Assembly: GCA_041650835.1 (NCBI GenBank)
Contig: JBAZKL010000001.1
Coordinates: 765,617-829,616 of the forward strand
Source of the DNA: Candidatus Omnitrophota bacterium
Lineage (GTDB): Bacteria; Omnitrophota; Gorgyraeia; Gygaellales; Profunditerraquicolaceae
DNA length: 64,000 nucleotides
Reading direction: 5' to 3'
In this document: piece by piece, positions 1-13,600 of the stretch
Position numbering within the stretch: the stretch's first letter is position 1
Layout of the letters: each line of letters begins with the position of its first letter
Notes under the pieces: model-generated
Told to the model about the DNA's origin: nothing
Database searches by the model: none
The model's input: only the letters and a program-made list of their open reading frames with translations
Program-made: the position numbers and the translations under genes

Positions 1-303
1 AACCAACGGTTGCTGCTACGGTAAACACTATCTTCCAGCTCTCTCTTTCTTCCCTTTTCTTCACCCTGGAACCTAAAATCAACAACAGCCAGTAATTCCG
101 CCTTTTTATTCAGGACATATTCTTTAATAACAGGCAAATGCGCCTGGCAGGCATACCTGCCTGCGCCGATAACGATGATTCCGACTTTTTCCTCCAAAGA
201 AACATTAATGGATGAAGCTCCCGGGGATCCCGGCTTTGCCCCAAGGGCAGAGGAAGAGGGATCTTTCTTTTTTCCGGCTTCCCGGATCTTCCCGGAAAGA
301 TCC
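1..303 (-). CDS. Gfo/Idh/MocA-family NAD(P)-binding oxidoreductase N-terminal Rossmann domain. The gene runs off the left edge. The start may be the ATG at 301-303, or the domain may be the C-terminal part of the upstream ORF.
   Basis: Reverse translation of about 100-200 gives EEKVGIIVIGAGRYACQAHLPVIKEYVLNKKAELLAVVD. This is the classic kvgiiGaG...elvav.d N-terminal motif of the Gfo/Idh/MocA family. Confidence 0.45.
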
Positions 304-329
304 ATCGCGGAGATCTTTTCTATTCTGTC

Positions 330-2000
330 CTGTAACAATACTTCGTTCACCTTAAAAACAAGTGTCTCAAGCACAGCTGCCCAGCCGCGCGCGAGGCGTT
401 CATACGATCTATCAATTTTTTCCAATGACGCTTTTTTCGCGCCGGTACTCTCTGCTTGAGCCGGCAATAACTGCTTCATTTGCTCCAGATCAAACTCTCC
501 CCAATAATAAAGCAATTCCCCTGCGGCCAAGAGCGGCATCACCCGCAGGCACTGCCGGGAAGCTTGCATGAGGATTTCCAAGGCAGTTACGCGCTTACTT
601 TCATCTAATAAAAGGAGTCTTTTATTGAGATACGTCAGAATGCTGAGGTCACAGAAAGTTTCCTCGCAGATAGATGCCCCAATTTGATGGAACAGGAACT
701 CCCCTTCAATGATCAGCTTGAGGCGCGCGTATGCCTTATTATATGTTTCTCTATCCATATGCGCCGAAGCGGCAAAAGCAGTACCGGTAACTACTTCAGG
801 TAAATATTCAGCAAGCCGAGGTATCAGATAACGGTCGTTCTCCTGAAAACATAAGAAGCCCGATGAATCCCGCAGCATATTCCCGACATGCCTCCTCCAA
901 GAAACAATGAATATTCTCGTAAATAAAAGGAACTCATCTATCCAATCAACATTCTGCCCTGATTGTCCGCCGCGTTGATTGTATTCATCAACAACAAGGT
1001 TATACCATTGGTTATACCCGCTGAGCAGCCGGTCATGATTTAAGACGACAGAAGAAACAATTTGGGCAAGAGGGCTCCCGGCCCGGATAACCGCAGGACC
1101 GTAAATTTCAGAAGGAGCATTATCCTGGCATCCCGGCACGCTGCGGGTAAAAACAGTCTCTCCATACATTCTTTTAAGTATATGCAGCGGGCACAGATAC
1201 ACATGCGCGATATTGAATTTAGATTCAACGAGTTTATTATCACGCATGATCCCCCAATGAGTGATCACCTCGGCATCTTTCGAGAAAACAACCAGGTCAC
1301 CGCTTGAGGCAGAACGGCCTAAGATTTCTTTAAAACCATGCATTCCCAATTGCGACACTAAAAGCGGGACATTGTTATAATATTTTGTCCGTACATACCA
1401 ATCACAATCCATCCACGGCTCTACCCCCTCTTGGCCGTTTCTTAAGAAAATGGAGATCCCCGGCAAAGTGCCGATTTTTTCGAAATCTCCTATATTGATC
1501 AGGTAAAATATCTTCCTTGAGAGTGCATCTATCCTCAGTAAATGGCTACGGGCTCTGCGGACAAGCGGGCTGGAAGATTCTTGCGTATGAACAAAAAATC
1601 CGAGTGCCATCTTGACCTGAGAACCCTCGCCACCGAATAAAGACAACCACTCAACATTACCGGAAGTCTCAATCCATATTGATTTATTCCCTACACTTGC
1701 GCCGCCGGTAATACCAGGGAAATTATGCCCGCTTACCCGGCCTATAGGGAACAGTACGCTTTTCCCCAAGAAACTTATTGCGGCAAGCTCTAAACCCACG
1801 CCATTATCGCTTATCTGAAGGGCCAACTCATAATATTTCTTATCTGCTGCCGCTGAAAGTTCCTTCAAAGAAACCGCTATTGTTATTTTACCGGTTTCTA
1901 TTTCCCCTATTCCCAATTCATGCAGTTGCCGAATATTTAAAAACATCCTTCTTATTATCGCGTCCTGCGCATTGGTAAGAGCCTGAAATCCTGCACTATC
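330..2000 (-). CDS. Uncharacterised protein region of about 550 aa, possibly a C-terminal extension or a separate gene downstream of the methyltransferase. The frame may be interrupted.
   Basis: Hand translation of the reverse strand is protein-like and without obvious stops (...GRVSGHNFPGITGGASVGNKSIWIETSGNVEWLSLFGG...RTKYYNNVPLLVSQLGMHGFKEILG...). I recognised no family. Confidence 0.25.
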
Positions 2001-3231
2001 CAACCGGTCAATGACATCATCTAATTTCACCCCGTAAAAACCTTCCATTCTTAACTTATACACGAAAGCATCCCAGAGAGCTTCCAATTGAGGCAATGGC
2101 TTTCTTGAAAATACTCGCGCTACCGCATGATTCAATACTTCTTGTTTCGAGAACTCAATCAATAATTCTTTACGCGCGGGACAAACGCAGATACCGAGTA
2201 CATCCGCAGAATGAAGAGTATCTTTAATTGGAGATGAAGCAGCAGGAGCCTTTTTTCTCCCGATAGCCATGATCAACTCTCCCTGTCCCTGGTTTTCGAG
2301 AATTTCCTTATCTTGTTTTATACGCGCGAAGTCTTTTTCACTTATCCTGCCATACCGACACTCTTTCTCGACCTTATCAAGATTAACCGTTGTTTTGATC
2401 TCAACGACCTCAAAGCCATGTTTTTCCAGTAATAACCGCAGCGTGCGCGGAGAATAAAAATAGAAATGGCCGATCTTAATATCATAGAAATCGTCTTGTT
2501 GAAGCCTCGCTACTTCGCTGTCCATATTAGGGCAACGGGCTATATAAATGTAACCTCCTGCCCTTATAACGCGGGCAGCCTCTTTAATTTCCGCGCACGG
2601 GTCTGTGAGATGCTCCATAACGGCGAAATAAGTTATCAGATCCAACGCTCCATCAGGATAATTGTGCTCTTGCAAGGTCTCGGCAAAAGCGCTGAATTTT
2701 TTCTCTTTCAAGGCTGCCACCGCTGATTTCGACGGCTCTATCCCCTCGGCTTTTATTCCTCTTTCCTGCGCTGCCTGCAGATGGTAGGGCCTTACTCCGC
2801 AACCTACGTCTGCCATCTTTTTAATGTTTCCAATGTCAGCTATTCTTTGAAGAAGATATCCCAGCTCCAGCCTTGCTTTCGCGCGTTTTCTCTCCCTTTT
2901 AACTTCATCATCGATCTCAAGATAACCGCTCGCCCAGATCCTCACCGGCATAAAGCGGGAAAAAATCAGCCCGCAGCCCCGGCAGCGCACAATATCCAGG
3001 CAGTCATCTGCTCTATACCCGACGCCGGGAACAGGAACTTTACCCTGCGGCACTTTATCACTATCAACAATAGGGGCGATTTCAAAGATCCTGCCATATT
3101 CTTGAGCCCCGCAAAGACAACAGGTATTTATTTCTACCGATGCCGCGAAATCCCACCTGTCGGCGCTCGTTTTCGCGCGAACGGGATCGAAGATCCTTCT
3201 TGCCATATGCATAATAAGGAGACGGTAAAGT
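2000..3231 (-). CDS. Zn-ribbon plus class I SAM-dependent methyltransferase (NDP-sugar C-methyltransferase-like architecture). Apparent frameshifts at about 2583, 2642 and 3000.
   Basis: Coordinate-checked translation: CCLCGAQEYG...RADDC then LDIVRCRGCGLIFS (4-Cys zinc ribbon), KMADVGCGVRPYHLQAAQERGIKAEGIEPS (motif I), LDLITYFAVMEHLTDPCAEIKEAARVIRAGGYIYIARCPN (motifs II/III), FYFYSPRTLRLLLEKHGFEVVEI. Frame is f0, then f2, then f0 across 2640-2583, and another shift between RADDC and LDIV. Confidence 0.55.
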
Positions 3232-3699
3232 ATTTTGAGTTGTTCAGATCGAGCTAAGGAGAAGAAATACGGATGAAGAGATAGGATTTTATTATTAACA
3301 TCGCAGGAGGCGACATTGCCTTGAGTTGTTTTCAGGTCAGTAGTTATATGCAATTGCCACACGCCGAGTAAAGGCGGAGCTTTTCCATAAAAACTTTTTA
3401 ACAGGCCCAGTCTGTTTTTCATGATCTCATATTGCTCTCTATAGGAGGCAGGAAACGCCCCCGGAGCTAACCCTCGGACTTTTACGGCAACGGCGATACG
3501 GTCCTTGCCGTAGCGTTGCTCTGCCTGAAAACTATTTTTGCGGTTGACCGCGAGATTAAAAACAAAAACATCCACCGACGCGGCGTTTGTCCCTTGAGGC
3601 GAGCTGGAGTGTTCCTGATGCCGGTCAAAAGCGGCTATAGGACAATTACTGAAATAATCGGAAGTAATATTGATAATATCGTCTGAGATAGGCGCGCTC

Positions 3700-4300
3700 G
3701 GTGAGTGGAATCGCATCCCTGACAAGAAAGGATAGAATTCTACCGGCATAATAGGCTTAATTAAGACTTCGCTATCGTCTTTAAACTTTTCTCGCGCACA
3801 GGGCTCCCGGACGAAAACACTGATACTCTCCACCACCTCTTCAACCGGATAAACTGCAAAAAGAGCATTAATTGAGTCAGGAGGTAAATACTTCACTATC
3901 TCTGCGCCTGCCCTGAGGACCACAACCTTCTTATTCAAAGAATCATTTTGCGCCCGCAGCGTCCTCTGTGCCCATTCTATACTATACAGAGCATAACTTG
4001 AACCTGTGCCTTCAAAAGCATAAATATCGGTAGCGATCAAATTGTTTCCCGTACGCTTTGCCAGCTCGTAGGAGGTATTTGCTTTACCACAGCCCAATTC
4101 TATCCATAAAGGCCTGCCGCGGGCCGCGCTCGTTTCAATGAGGCTAAGCGCTAAATCAATATCCTGATCCAAGTTACCCAGCGCGACTAAATATTCACGC
4201 AAAGACCGCTCAGGTGAGGGATCCCCGGAATTAAAATTGAACGGCGAAGATCCGGCGGAAATAGTATTTACCCCAAAAACCCTCGTCCAAAACCGCTCTT
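3700..4300 (-). CDS. Class I SAM methyltransferase-like domain. ORF limits unresolved.
   Basis: Reverse translation of 4081-4140 gives IETSAARGRPLWIELGCGKANTSYELAKRTG (vLElGcG motif I), followed by NLIATDIYAFEG. Confidence 0.35.
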
Positions 4301-4399
4301 CTATCTGAAAGACAAAAGCTATCGTGTCTTCATTTTGCCTTTGGGAGGCGCACTCAGACTGCCAGGCAATATCAAAACCTTCAGTTCTTCGCTCCATGA

Positions 4400-5000
4400 A
4401 CGCGTCTAAACAATCCCGTTCACCAAGAGGAAGCTGGCTATAAACATCTCCTGACAGCAAGATTGTCACGAAACGATCTTTCGGCCTTATTAACTGTACT
4501 ATGTGAGGAAGTTGGGCTATACCAAAACTTGGTAAATTCATTAAAACAATATCCGCCTCAATCGGCGGCAGGCCGCTTAAGTCCTGGAAAGCTTTACCTA
4601 AATATTGACAATTGATCGTAGCGTGCCCCGGAATAGTATTCAACGCTACTGTCTTCAGGAACAGGCCTTTTACCGTTGCGTTGTAATCAAGCAAGTATAT
4701 CTTTTGCGCTCCCAGGGACATGGCAAACAACGCGTCGCTCCCATTACCGGCTCCGGCGCAAACCACGGTTTTTCCTCTAAAGTGATCTTCTCCCAGAATA
4801 TCCATGCTTAATAATAAAGCGGAGCTCCACAATTGAAAATGGCGGTCGTCGGATAAATTATGCAGATAACGATATTTGCCTTGCAGCGGGGCATAAAGTA
4901 CCGAACAGCCGGTATACGGGATGTCCAGCATCAAAACCTCTTTCAACCACGAATTAAGCATGACCACCCCTGCCGCCCTGAAGTAAAGGTTTTCTTCCGA
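4400..5000 (-). CDS. Second class I SAM methyltransferase-like domain (PrmA/HemK-like GxGxG). ORF limits unresolved.
   Basis: Reverse translation of 4741-4800 gives ILGEDHFRGKTVVCAGAGNGSDALFAMSLGAQKIYLLDYN. Confidence 0.35.
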
Positions 5001-6399
5001 ACGCTTAAACTCAATGCCTTCTAACCCGCTGTAAGCAGCCCTGTACCGGGCTATCTCTCTCTTGCCGTATTTTACCGCGAAATCACCTTTACAGGGGGGA
5101 GCGGTAAAAGTTTTTCCCAACTGCCTGAATTCATTTCCCATCGCGCGTAAGAATTCATCGGCCATAATTTCCCTTCGGCGCATATCATCCAGCCTCGGTT
5201 GCGAGATCACCGCGGAAGCCGCTTCCCTTACTTCCTTGAAACCCAATTCCATATGACAGCCGGAGAATAGACTGATGATCTGCGCCTCAGAAAGTATTGA
5301 TCCGTCTTTAATCCGGGATATTAAGATCATTTTATCTTCAAAGATACCGCGAGATTTACGATCATCACCCCTCGGACAAAGGCGGATATCATAAAATTTG
5401 TCCAGATACGATAAATAAAACCTCGCCGCGTGCCCGAAAGAAAAGTAACCGGGGAAGTTATTATAACTAACCAGCTTTTCCTGATACGGATTCAAGGCGC
5501 GCATCTCTGAGATATCATCGATAATGGCATTAAGATCATGCAGCACAACCTCCTCCCGCAGGGCTTCGTCAAATATTATGGTATTCTGTTGGATCAACGA
5601 CTGGCGGATCCTTTCTTCCAACTGCGCCGTATTAATGACCTGTTCCACTGTTACCTTAATACGCACCTTACCGGAGATCTGTCTTTCAACCATACTCCTG
5701 ACCAGTTCTATTCTTTCATGATAAATCTCCGCCCAGTATCTCCCGCGGCCGGTATTCTTACTAAAAATATGATATGCCGCCTGCAAAGTATTTCCTTTTA
5801 CCATGATATCGCCGTAACCGGCGATGCTGCGGCCCTGGACAAAAACATCAATAAAGACACACCTCGATTTGAACAAGTACCACGTAATCTCTTTATCTTT
5901 TCCTAACCTGGCAGCGGCGATGAGTGAAGCCTGAAGAAGTAATTCCGGCCCATAAGCTCCCAGAACAGCCAGATTTCTTTTCTGAAGCTCCTCATTCAAT
6001 TTCTTTAATACGGCTTTCGGGCTGTACAAGGAAAATAACCGGGCTAAAGGAGTATGCAAAAGGACGCGCTTCAACAACCCGAAGGTAAATGCAAATGATT
6101 TAATCGAAGCTGAGCCGCTTAACGGTGATGGACCATTCCGGTCCGTAAGTACTATTTTATTTGAAGTGACTAAATCGGAAACAGCTTGATTAAACCGGGA
6201 GGGAATTCCGGGGATCGCCGCTAAATCGCGGATATGAGAAATAACAGGCTCTCCCTTGTCGTGCGCAGCCGATAAAACCTTTGCAAAAAGCGCCCTTAAT
6301 TCCGCGTCGCTTAAGACCCTGGACACAACCGGATCAATAAATATGGTCAACAGGCGATTGACCCTTTGCGGATCATTTGCCTGCTCTATTTTCTCACTC

Positions 6400-9300
6400 A
6401 AGCTCTCCAGACACTCCTGCGTATCTCCGCAAACAAACCAGCTTTTAACGGTGTCAGCGACCGTTTGAGCCTTGAGCCCGTTGATCTGATGGATGCGGGC
6501 TCTTTTATCAACAAGCAGGTCCTCGACGGCTTCCCAGACGCGCGGCTCCAACACGATATTTCTCTGGGACAAGAAACCGCGCAGCCAGCCGGGAATGCTA
6601 TTAATGTCTTCGATATTGCCTCCCACGTAGAAATAGGGACGGGGAGCGCTCATCGCCGAGATCAGGTCTGCCAGCGAAAGGCAAAGCGCGGCTGAATTTA
6701 AAACATCATTTCCGTTGCACATCTGTGGCCGATGATGGAACTGGATAAGCGTTTCCACAAAAGGAGTTAATTCGATCCCCATCTCCTTAACTCCCATAAA
6801 CGGCGGCGTAGTATGATGCTTCTGCACAAATAACCGCTGGTTCGCGGATAAGTCGCCCGGGAAATTAACCAGCATCAACACTTCCCTGTTATGTATCTTC
6901 TCAATATCATGGAGCAGGCCTGCGATCCGTATCATCGATTCCCACCGGCCTAATCCGAGGCGCTGGGCTAAATACCCGGCAAGGTCGGCAACATCATTCC
7001 CATGGCTTAAGGTATGCCGCGCGCCGGTGACCGGCAACAAATGCTCGCGCACCAGACGCCTTACCCCGGCAGGCGACTGCACGTCTGTTCTTAAGAAGCG
7101 GGGATAATCTTTCATCCCTATAGGAGATGCCGCGCTGTCATTACCACTCGGCAGTTCCGCGGGTGAGGCTCCCCGACGCGGCATCCTCCCGGTTTCTAAG
7201 GCACTAAGCTGAACATCGGCATGTTGGGCATGCCCCCCCCTTAGACTGGAGCTTGCCTTTATTGAAGAGGCCAGATCATGCATACGCTTAAACATGGTCC
7301 TTACGTCATTACCGAGCAGCCGCGTGCGCTTCCCCCCGCCCCCGTTCATCCGGGGCCCTTTAAAATTCTTCAAATTCACTTCTCCTTTACGGTTCAGGAA
7401 ATGTAATTCTATCGCCGTATCGATAACCTGCCGCGCGAAAAGCCCTACAGCCTGCCGGAATATCCGCTGATAATCTTCATCAACGATCGCATTAAAATCA
7501 ATCGTATCAATTACCTGAGGAATAAAAACATTAAGCGTAGAAAACATGGTTTTCTGACGGAAATCCTTATCATGTTCAACGCCCGCCAGCGTCTGCAAAT
7601 TATGGATCCTATCGGCGATCTTGATCAACCGGGCGATCATGGCCAGCTCTCCGGCGGCAGAACAAAGCCTGAACAAATACCCCGCTTCGTCAGCCTGGCC
7701 GTCAACTTTGCGTTTGGTGAGCAGATCGACGATCGTATAAATATCTTCGCCGAATATCTTGCGCAGCTCTGCGTCGCTAATATCCTTATCTTCGATCGTA
7801 TCATGCAGTAACGCAGCCAGAATGATCTTCTCTAATAAAGCCTCATCGCGGATATCAAAATAGTTTGCCGCGATTATCGCCACATCAAGCGGGTGCATCA
7901 TATACGAACTTTTCTTATCTTTACGCGATTCACCCAGGTGGCGCCTGGCGATGATCTTGAGCGCCTGCCTGAAACGCCGCACGGCGGCATCTTTAAAAGT
8001 AACAGGTATCTTTCTCAGTAAATATTCCACCAGCCAATCGACCATTTCAGACTGATACATCGACAGGTCGGGAATGTAGTGGAGTTGTTTTTTGAGGTCC
8101 TGCATAACACGCTCCGCGTCAGCGCAGCTTCGGCCGGGGACCTCAAGCTGCATAATAAAGCTCATACGCTGATGATACTGCGAGAACGTTGGCGTCATGA
8201 ACGACTGGATATTAATTCCTTTTTCCCGAAGTATCCGGGTGACCATTAATAATTGGGCGGGTTGATGAGGGATAGTGAACCTCAAGAGCCAGTTTCGCCG
8301 CGGCAGATCGTCTCGCAGGACATCTTGCCAATCTTCGATACGCTTCAACTCCTTAATGATCGCGCGCATAGTATCTTTTTCTACCGTCTCCAATGAAACA
8401 CTTAACTCTTTCGGGCGCTTATTATGCAAATATTCCAACCATCCCACAAAAGCCTTGTCGTCGATAGCCTGCAAGACATCATCAAGGAGCCCAACGCGGC
8501 CATGCCTGAAACGCAAGGTAACCACCCGCCGCCACATGCGCCCTACTAATAGCCGCTCTCCATACTGAACGGTTATCGGCTCCTTCTGCAACGAAACCTC
8601 CTGTTTTTGAGCGCGCTGATCATTTACCGGCGAGCTCACCCTGCGGGCGGCAATGTTTTCCCTGCAAGAGGCGTTCTCCGCTTCATGCCCCTTAGGATTA
8701 CTGATACTGATATAAACATCAAATCCTTTATTACGATAGTGCATCCCGAGCCGGTCAAAGGCCCAGTTCAGATGAGAAACAGGCACATCATTTTCTTTCA
8801 GGAAGAGCTTAAATTCTCCCAGGGTAAAACGGACGGTAAAGCCGCCTTGATTCCAGGATTTGCGCTCGCACAAACGCTTATTATCTTTAAATGGGTCTCG
8901 TTTATAATAATACTTCTTTACAAAATGATTGATCCTTCCCATTAACCCGCTTCCGTCATACTCGGCAAAAAACACGATATTCTTAATATTCCTCAATATC
9001 TCTTCATCCTTGTTTAACGGCTCCTGCCTCAAGAACTTCTCATGCGCGCTGCTGATCAGCCCGAAAACTGAAACTCTCGTCTTATAACCGGTTATTTGCC
9101 GGCTGAGATGCTCCAACCTGCCTAAATGTTTGAATTCAAATATTGTTTTACAGCCGCACCCCTGCCCATCGCACTCTTTTTTATCGCCGCAGGCGATATA
9201 CACCGGGTTCACCGCTTCCAAGCCTAAGGGATGGTCCTTAAAATCGAGCACATCGATAGTATCCTTAAATACAAAAGTAAACTTATGCACTCCGGATATC

Positions 9301-9850
9301 TCCCCTAAGACCCCTTTTAACATACACAAGTGGTCCGCGTAATAGTTCTCGCGGCTTTTTTCATGATAATCCGGCGCTTCATCCTGAAAATCCTTGAACT
9401 CCCAGAAATGTTCAAGGGTATTCTTTACCAGATCAACGAGGGTTTTACAGCAAACCGGCTCATTATAATGGATGGCCCATACCCCTTCCGACAGCAGTTG
9501 GTCGATCTTGGTGACAAAAACACCCAGGTCGGCTTTTTTCTCTGCAGGGATACATATTACCCAATCAGGGATAGAGGCCAGCCCTTCTAAGAACACCCAG
9601 AACTCTTCGGTGGTATGCGCCACGCGCGCCAGGCCCAGGATAAGGCTCAACACCCTCCCCTTTGAAACGCCAAGCTGCGCGAATTTCGGGACGATCGTAC
9701 GAAAAATATGCGCCTGCATCTTCCTGCCAAGAGATAGACCGCATCCATTTCTTATATCTCCCCCGTTATATACAAGCGCGAACAGCCGTAACAGGTCTTC
9801 TTTATCCAAAGCCTTATTTAACTCTAAGAAACCCTCCTTGTTGGGATAAT
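6400..9850 (-). CDS. Large multidomain signalling protein: Cys-rich N-terminal region, ACT domain (about 7980-8240), RelA/SpoT-type HD (p)ppGpp-hydrolase domain (about 7560-7905), then a second HD phosphohydrolase domain (about 6900-7030). Frameshifts at about 7862 and 7800.
   Basis: Coordinate-checked frame f0 is open from 9840 down to 7862. ACT: LLMVTRILREKGINIQSFMTPTFSQYHQRMSFIMQLEV. RelA/SpoT HD: YMMHPLDVAIIAANY, [frameshift], FDIRDEALLEKIILAALLHD, [frameshift], TIEDKDISDAELRKIFGEDIYTIVDLLTKRK...LIKIADRIHNLQTL. Downstream HD: RHTLSHGNDVADLAGYLAQRLGLGRWESMIRIAGLLHDIE. No in-frame stop between the HD domains on line-by-line check. Confidence 0.5.
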
Positions 9851-9899
9851 CATAGCGCTCTAAAGAAGCTATGATCTCGTTACGCTCCCGGTCAGGCAG

Positions 9900-10679
9900 C
9901 TTCAGCATAAAGATCAAATCACCGCGATATACTTTTGATCTCTTATCGTCAAATGAAATTGCTTCACGAATGAACTTCCCGTGAATAAAATGGCGGATGA
10001 TGAATGAAAGCAGGCTGGCATTGTGGCGCTCCTTTAAAGGCAATACTATTACATTCTTGAATTGCGCGCTTAAGGCGAAAATACCGTTTTCCCGGGAAAA
10101 CGCGTAGGTAAAATTGAACTTAGCTCCTGCTGGCAAAAGGTTTCCCCAGACCTTTCTTTTTTCCAGCAGGTCGAGTGCCGCGGACAATGGATTCACGATA
10201 TCCCTGCGGCGTTTTTCCGCCAATATCCTGCCGTCCTCAACGTATCCGCATAACGGAAAGTTCACGGCTGTTGCTGAAACCGCCGAAGACGCTGCAGGCG
10301 CGGCACTCGCCGCCGCTTGACGGGGAACAACCACTCCTAAACTCTTTAAGAACGCCTGGTCCTCTGAAGTTAAGATATTACTGCGTGCCTGCGGGACGCC
10401 CATAGGCGGCATATAGGATTTCAAATTCCTTCTGCAAAAACTGATTACTTCTTCACTATACTCCTTGACCTGATGCCGCAACTCATGGGTGACATAAGAA
10501 GGGCTCCGAGAGCCATTACCAAACCTAATGACCCAATAGCTTAAACCAAATTGCCGCATTGCTTCTTCCAGGCCGCTATGCTCTTTATCTGACGGAACAT
10601 ACTGATTAAGGAATAATTGGACCATTTCCGAACCTGCTTTATCAAAATGACCGATAAGCAGCGTAACGATCCTATACAT
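9900..10679 (-). CDS. HExxH-motif protein, putative Zn-metallopeptidase-like. Start ATG at 10677-10679; 3' end uncertain.
   Basis: Reverse translation from 10679 gives MYRIVTLLIGHFDKAGSEMVQLFLNQYVPSDKEHSGLEEAMRQFGLSYWVIRFGNGSRSPSYVTHELRHQVKEY (HELRH). Confidence 0.3.
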
Positions 10680-13600
10680 TCGCTGCTGGAACCAAACGAC
10701 CTCTTTATTGACCTTGTTTGATCTTTTTTCCCGGAGAAGCTGCTTGATCTTCTCTTTTAAATCTTCAACTTCTTTCTGTATCAATTTTTCAAATTCGCCG
10801 AAGGCATGCGCTTTTTTGCCTTTAAAAGGGGCAGGCAGATCGTTACTGGTTTCCAGGAATCGCGCTATTTCCGCCAATTCAGCGCGCTGCGCTGCGTGTC
10901 CTGCCTCACCCCTTACATCCAGGATGACCGGCGCGCCTTTACGGTCAGTCAGGCTCATCCCTTTTTTGTCGCATATGAACACAAACACGGGTTTTCCTGC
11001 CACATACACTATCCTGGCTGAGGCATGAGCTAAATTTACCGAAAGGCTGCCGGCGATATGCTTTAAACGCCACAGATAATTCCCGGCGCTCAAGCGCTGG
11101 TCTTTATGGATTATCGTTTCAAGGACAAAAGTATTGAACGCAAGCGCCTCAAGTACTTCAGCCAGGTGCATCTTAAAAACAGTTAAGATCTGCTCGCTCT
11201 TGAAGCTGAAAGGATAATCCGGCAGCGAGTAAATGATATAAAGCCTTTTATCAATACCGGAAAGCGTTCTTGCCGCCACCGCGAAGACCTTTCCGTTCTT
11301 ATTCTTACGGATATCATATATCGTCAGACGATGGAAAGCGCGGGCTTTCCCGAAATTCATCACCGTTTGGGAATCAATATTGAGCTTTCCCGCCTGGTCA
11401 AGAGGATAATTATGGATCTGGTATTCGTCGTTGAGGCGGCAGACATCTTTATGGCTTAATTTTACGGCCGTTGTTGTAATTTGATTGGTCGGCATATGCA
11501 CGATCCGCATATACGCGCGGTCCAGACCGCTCTCCAATGAAGAGACTCTCCAGACCAACCCGTCTTTTACCAGCACCTCAACTTTTTCATAAGGGTGATA
11601 ATAGAACCGCGACCAGGAAGGCTCATAGCCCGTCCCATCGCTATGCGGGCGCCCGCCGCCTATGCTTAATTCCCCCAATTTCCCTAAATAAGCCTGCAGG
11701 GTCACATCGGAAAATTTACTGAATACTTCCCGGAATATCTGCCCCAAATGGACCACTTCAACCTCCCCGGTTTTATTGTTGACCGCGGGCAGGAATTCAA
11801 GCGAGGTATGTGTCTTAGAGAAAAATATCCTTACCGGGATACCGTCTTTCATTTCTAATAAATAATTCGATGCCCCATACAAAGAAGCATCAAGCCTCGC
11901 CCATTTCCTGCCTATCTTTAATTCTCCGCTCTGCGGCACCTGCCCCCTGATGACAATATGCCCTAACGCTTTAATTTGTTTATAATACTGCGGCAACGCC
12001 TTTCTTTCGGCATAACGGACATGCTGGCTGCCGTCAAAAGCAACGGCAAGAATGAATTTAAAGATGTTTTCGCGCAAAAGTACGGCACCCGCCTGAATGC
12101 CTCCGTCACTTTCCGGCCGCAGCATTTTTTCCAAAGCAATGATCACGCCGCTATCTTGCCGGTCGAGCAGCCGGATGATCGCTTCACTTTCCAGCCTCCC
12201 CCTGATCGCGCTTTTCGTAAGCCATCGGGCATTATTGCCGTCAAGCAGCAGCTTCAATATACGAGGGCTCTCAATGACATTCCTTACTAAAGCCTGGTCT
12301 TCTGAGGAAATACATTTGTTTATGCGAGCCATCTCCAGCAATTGATGCAAATATCCTTCAGCGCTGCCGTTTTTCTCTTCTTTAATCAGCCGGTTGACCG
12401 TCGCGTACAAGAAGCGCTTAAACGCGCCCAACTCCTGGTCTTCCCCGCTGTCCGTTAACTCCCGCTGCCGCAGCGCGCCGAATAATTGATAATAAAAGGC
12501 CTCGAAAGCTTCAGCATGCTCATTCTTCCCGGCATGCGCCTTTATCCGCTCACAAATACAGGACAGGGGAACATTTTTTCCCTTAATCTTTTGATCTTTA
12601 CTTGATATTATTTCAAGCGCCTGCACAGGCGATGAAGCACCTACCTGCTTAAGCTCAAACTTAAAATGCTCACCCTCATCAAGTTTCTCCAATTGCGTAT
12701 CAAAAAGCGGTGACGATGCTTTTTTAGCCGCAAGCAACACCCCGCGCATATCGACTATGGCATAGGCATACTGATCAAGCAGTAAATCCATTTCATCCCA
12801 GGGGACTACCAGGCCGCGCTCCCTGCCTTGCATGTCCCAGCTGCGCACCCCTATCCCGTCGGCCGTCGCGATAATATTCGAATCCATATCCCAACTGAGC
12901 TGACGGTCGATCAATAAAAGCCTGAAATCAACATTATGATATGCCGCGAGCAAAGCATCGCGGATCCTTGCAGCGTATTTCTGCACATCCTGGCGGTAAG
13001 AAAGCACTAAGCGCGCTTTAGCTTTTACGGCTATTTGAGAGAGATGCGTATCTATACTTTCTGCCTTGGCCAAAGCATAAGCAGCGTCATCGGCAGGCGG
13101 GGGACAGGATTTCTCTAAAGGCGAATGAAGGTGCTGATGGCGTATAAAACCGGAAAGTGAATCCCCTGCCCATCCTGCCCCGATTACTCCCATGCAATTC
13201 GTGCACCGGCTCGTCGTCAAAATAGCGCCGTCCGTGATCGATTTTCTGAATTCGCAATTATTAGGCGGCAAGAGGCTGTTTTGAGACGAACCATAAGCCA
13301 CATTTACAATAAGGCGGTCTTCGAAACGCTGCTCGGTCTTTCGCCAAAGGGAATAACCTGCATACTCATAAAATCTCTTAGTGATTTGCAGGGACTCGGT
13401 GAGCGCTTTATGCGCGCCGTTATTCCCCTGAGATTGTCCCACAGAAGAAACCGTCAAAGCAGGACTGCCCGCCTTATTATTGTTCCTGCTTAAAATAGGC
13501 GCGACCAGATTAGGCAAAGAACGCCCAATACCTGCCAGTTCCTGTTCGATAAATCCTTTCTTTACGGGGCCCAAAAGAGGCCCGCCGCAATCAACGCCGG

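Noticed and set aside
7197-7206. A TAG stop ending the RelA/SpoT-HD protein at about 7204.
   Set aside because: It arose from miscounting a run of eight C at 7233-7240. Recounting by coordinates shows frame f0 continuing into the downstream HD domain.
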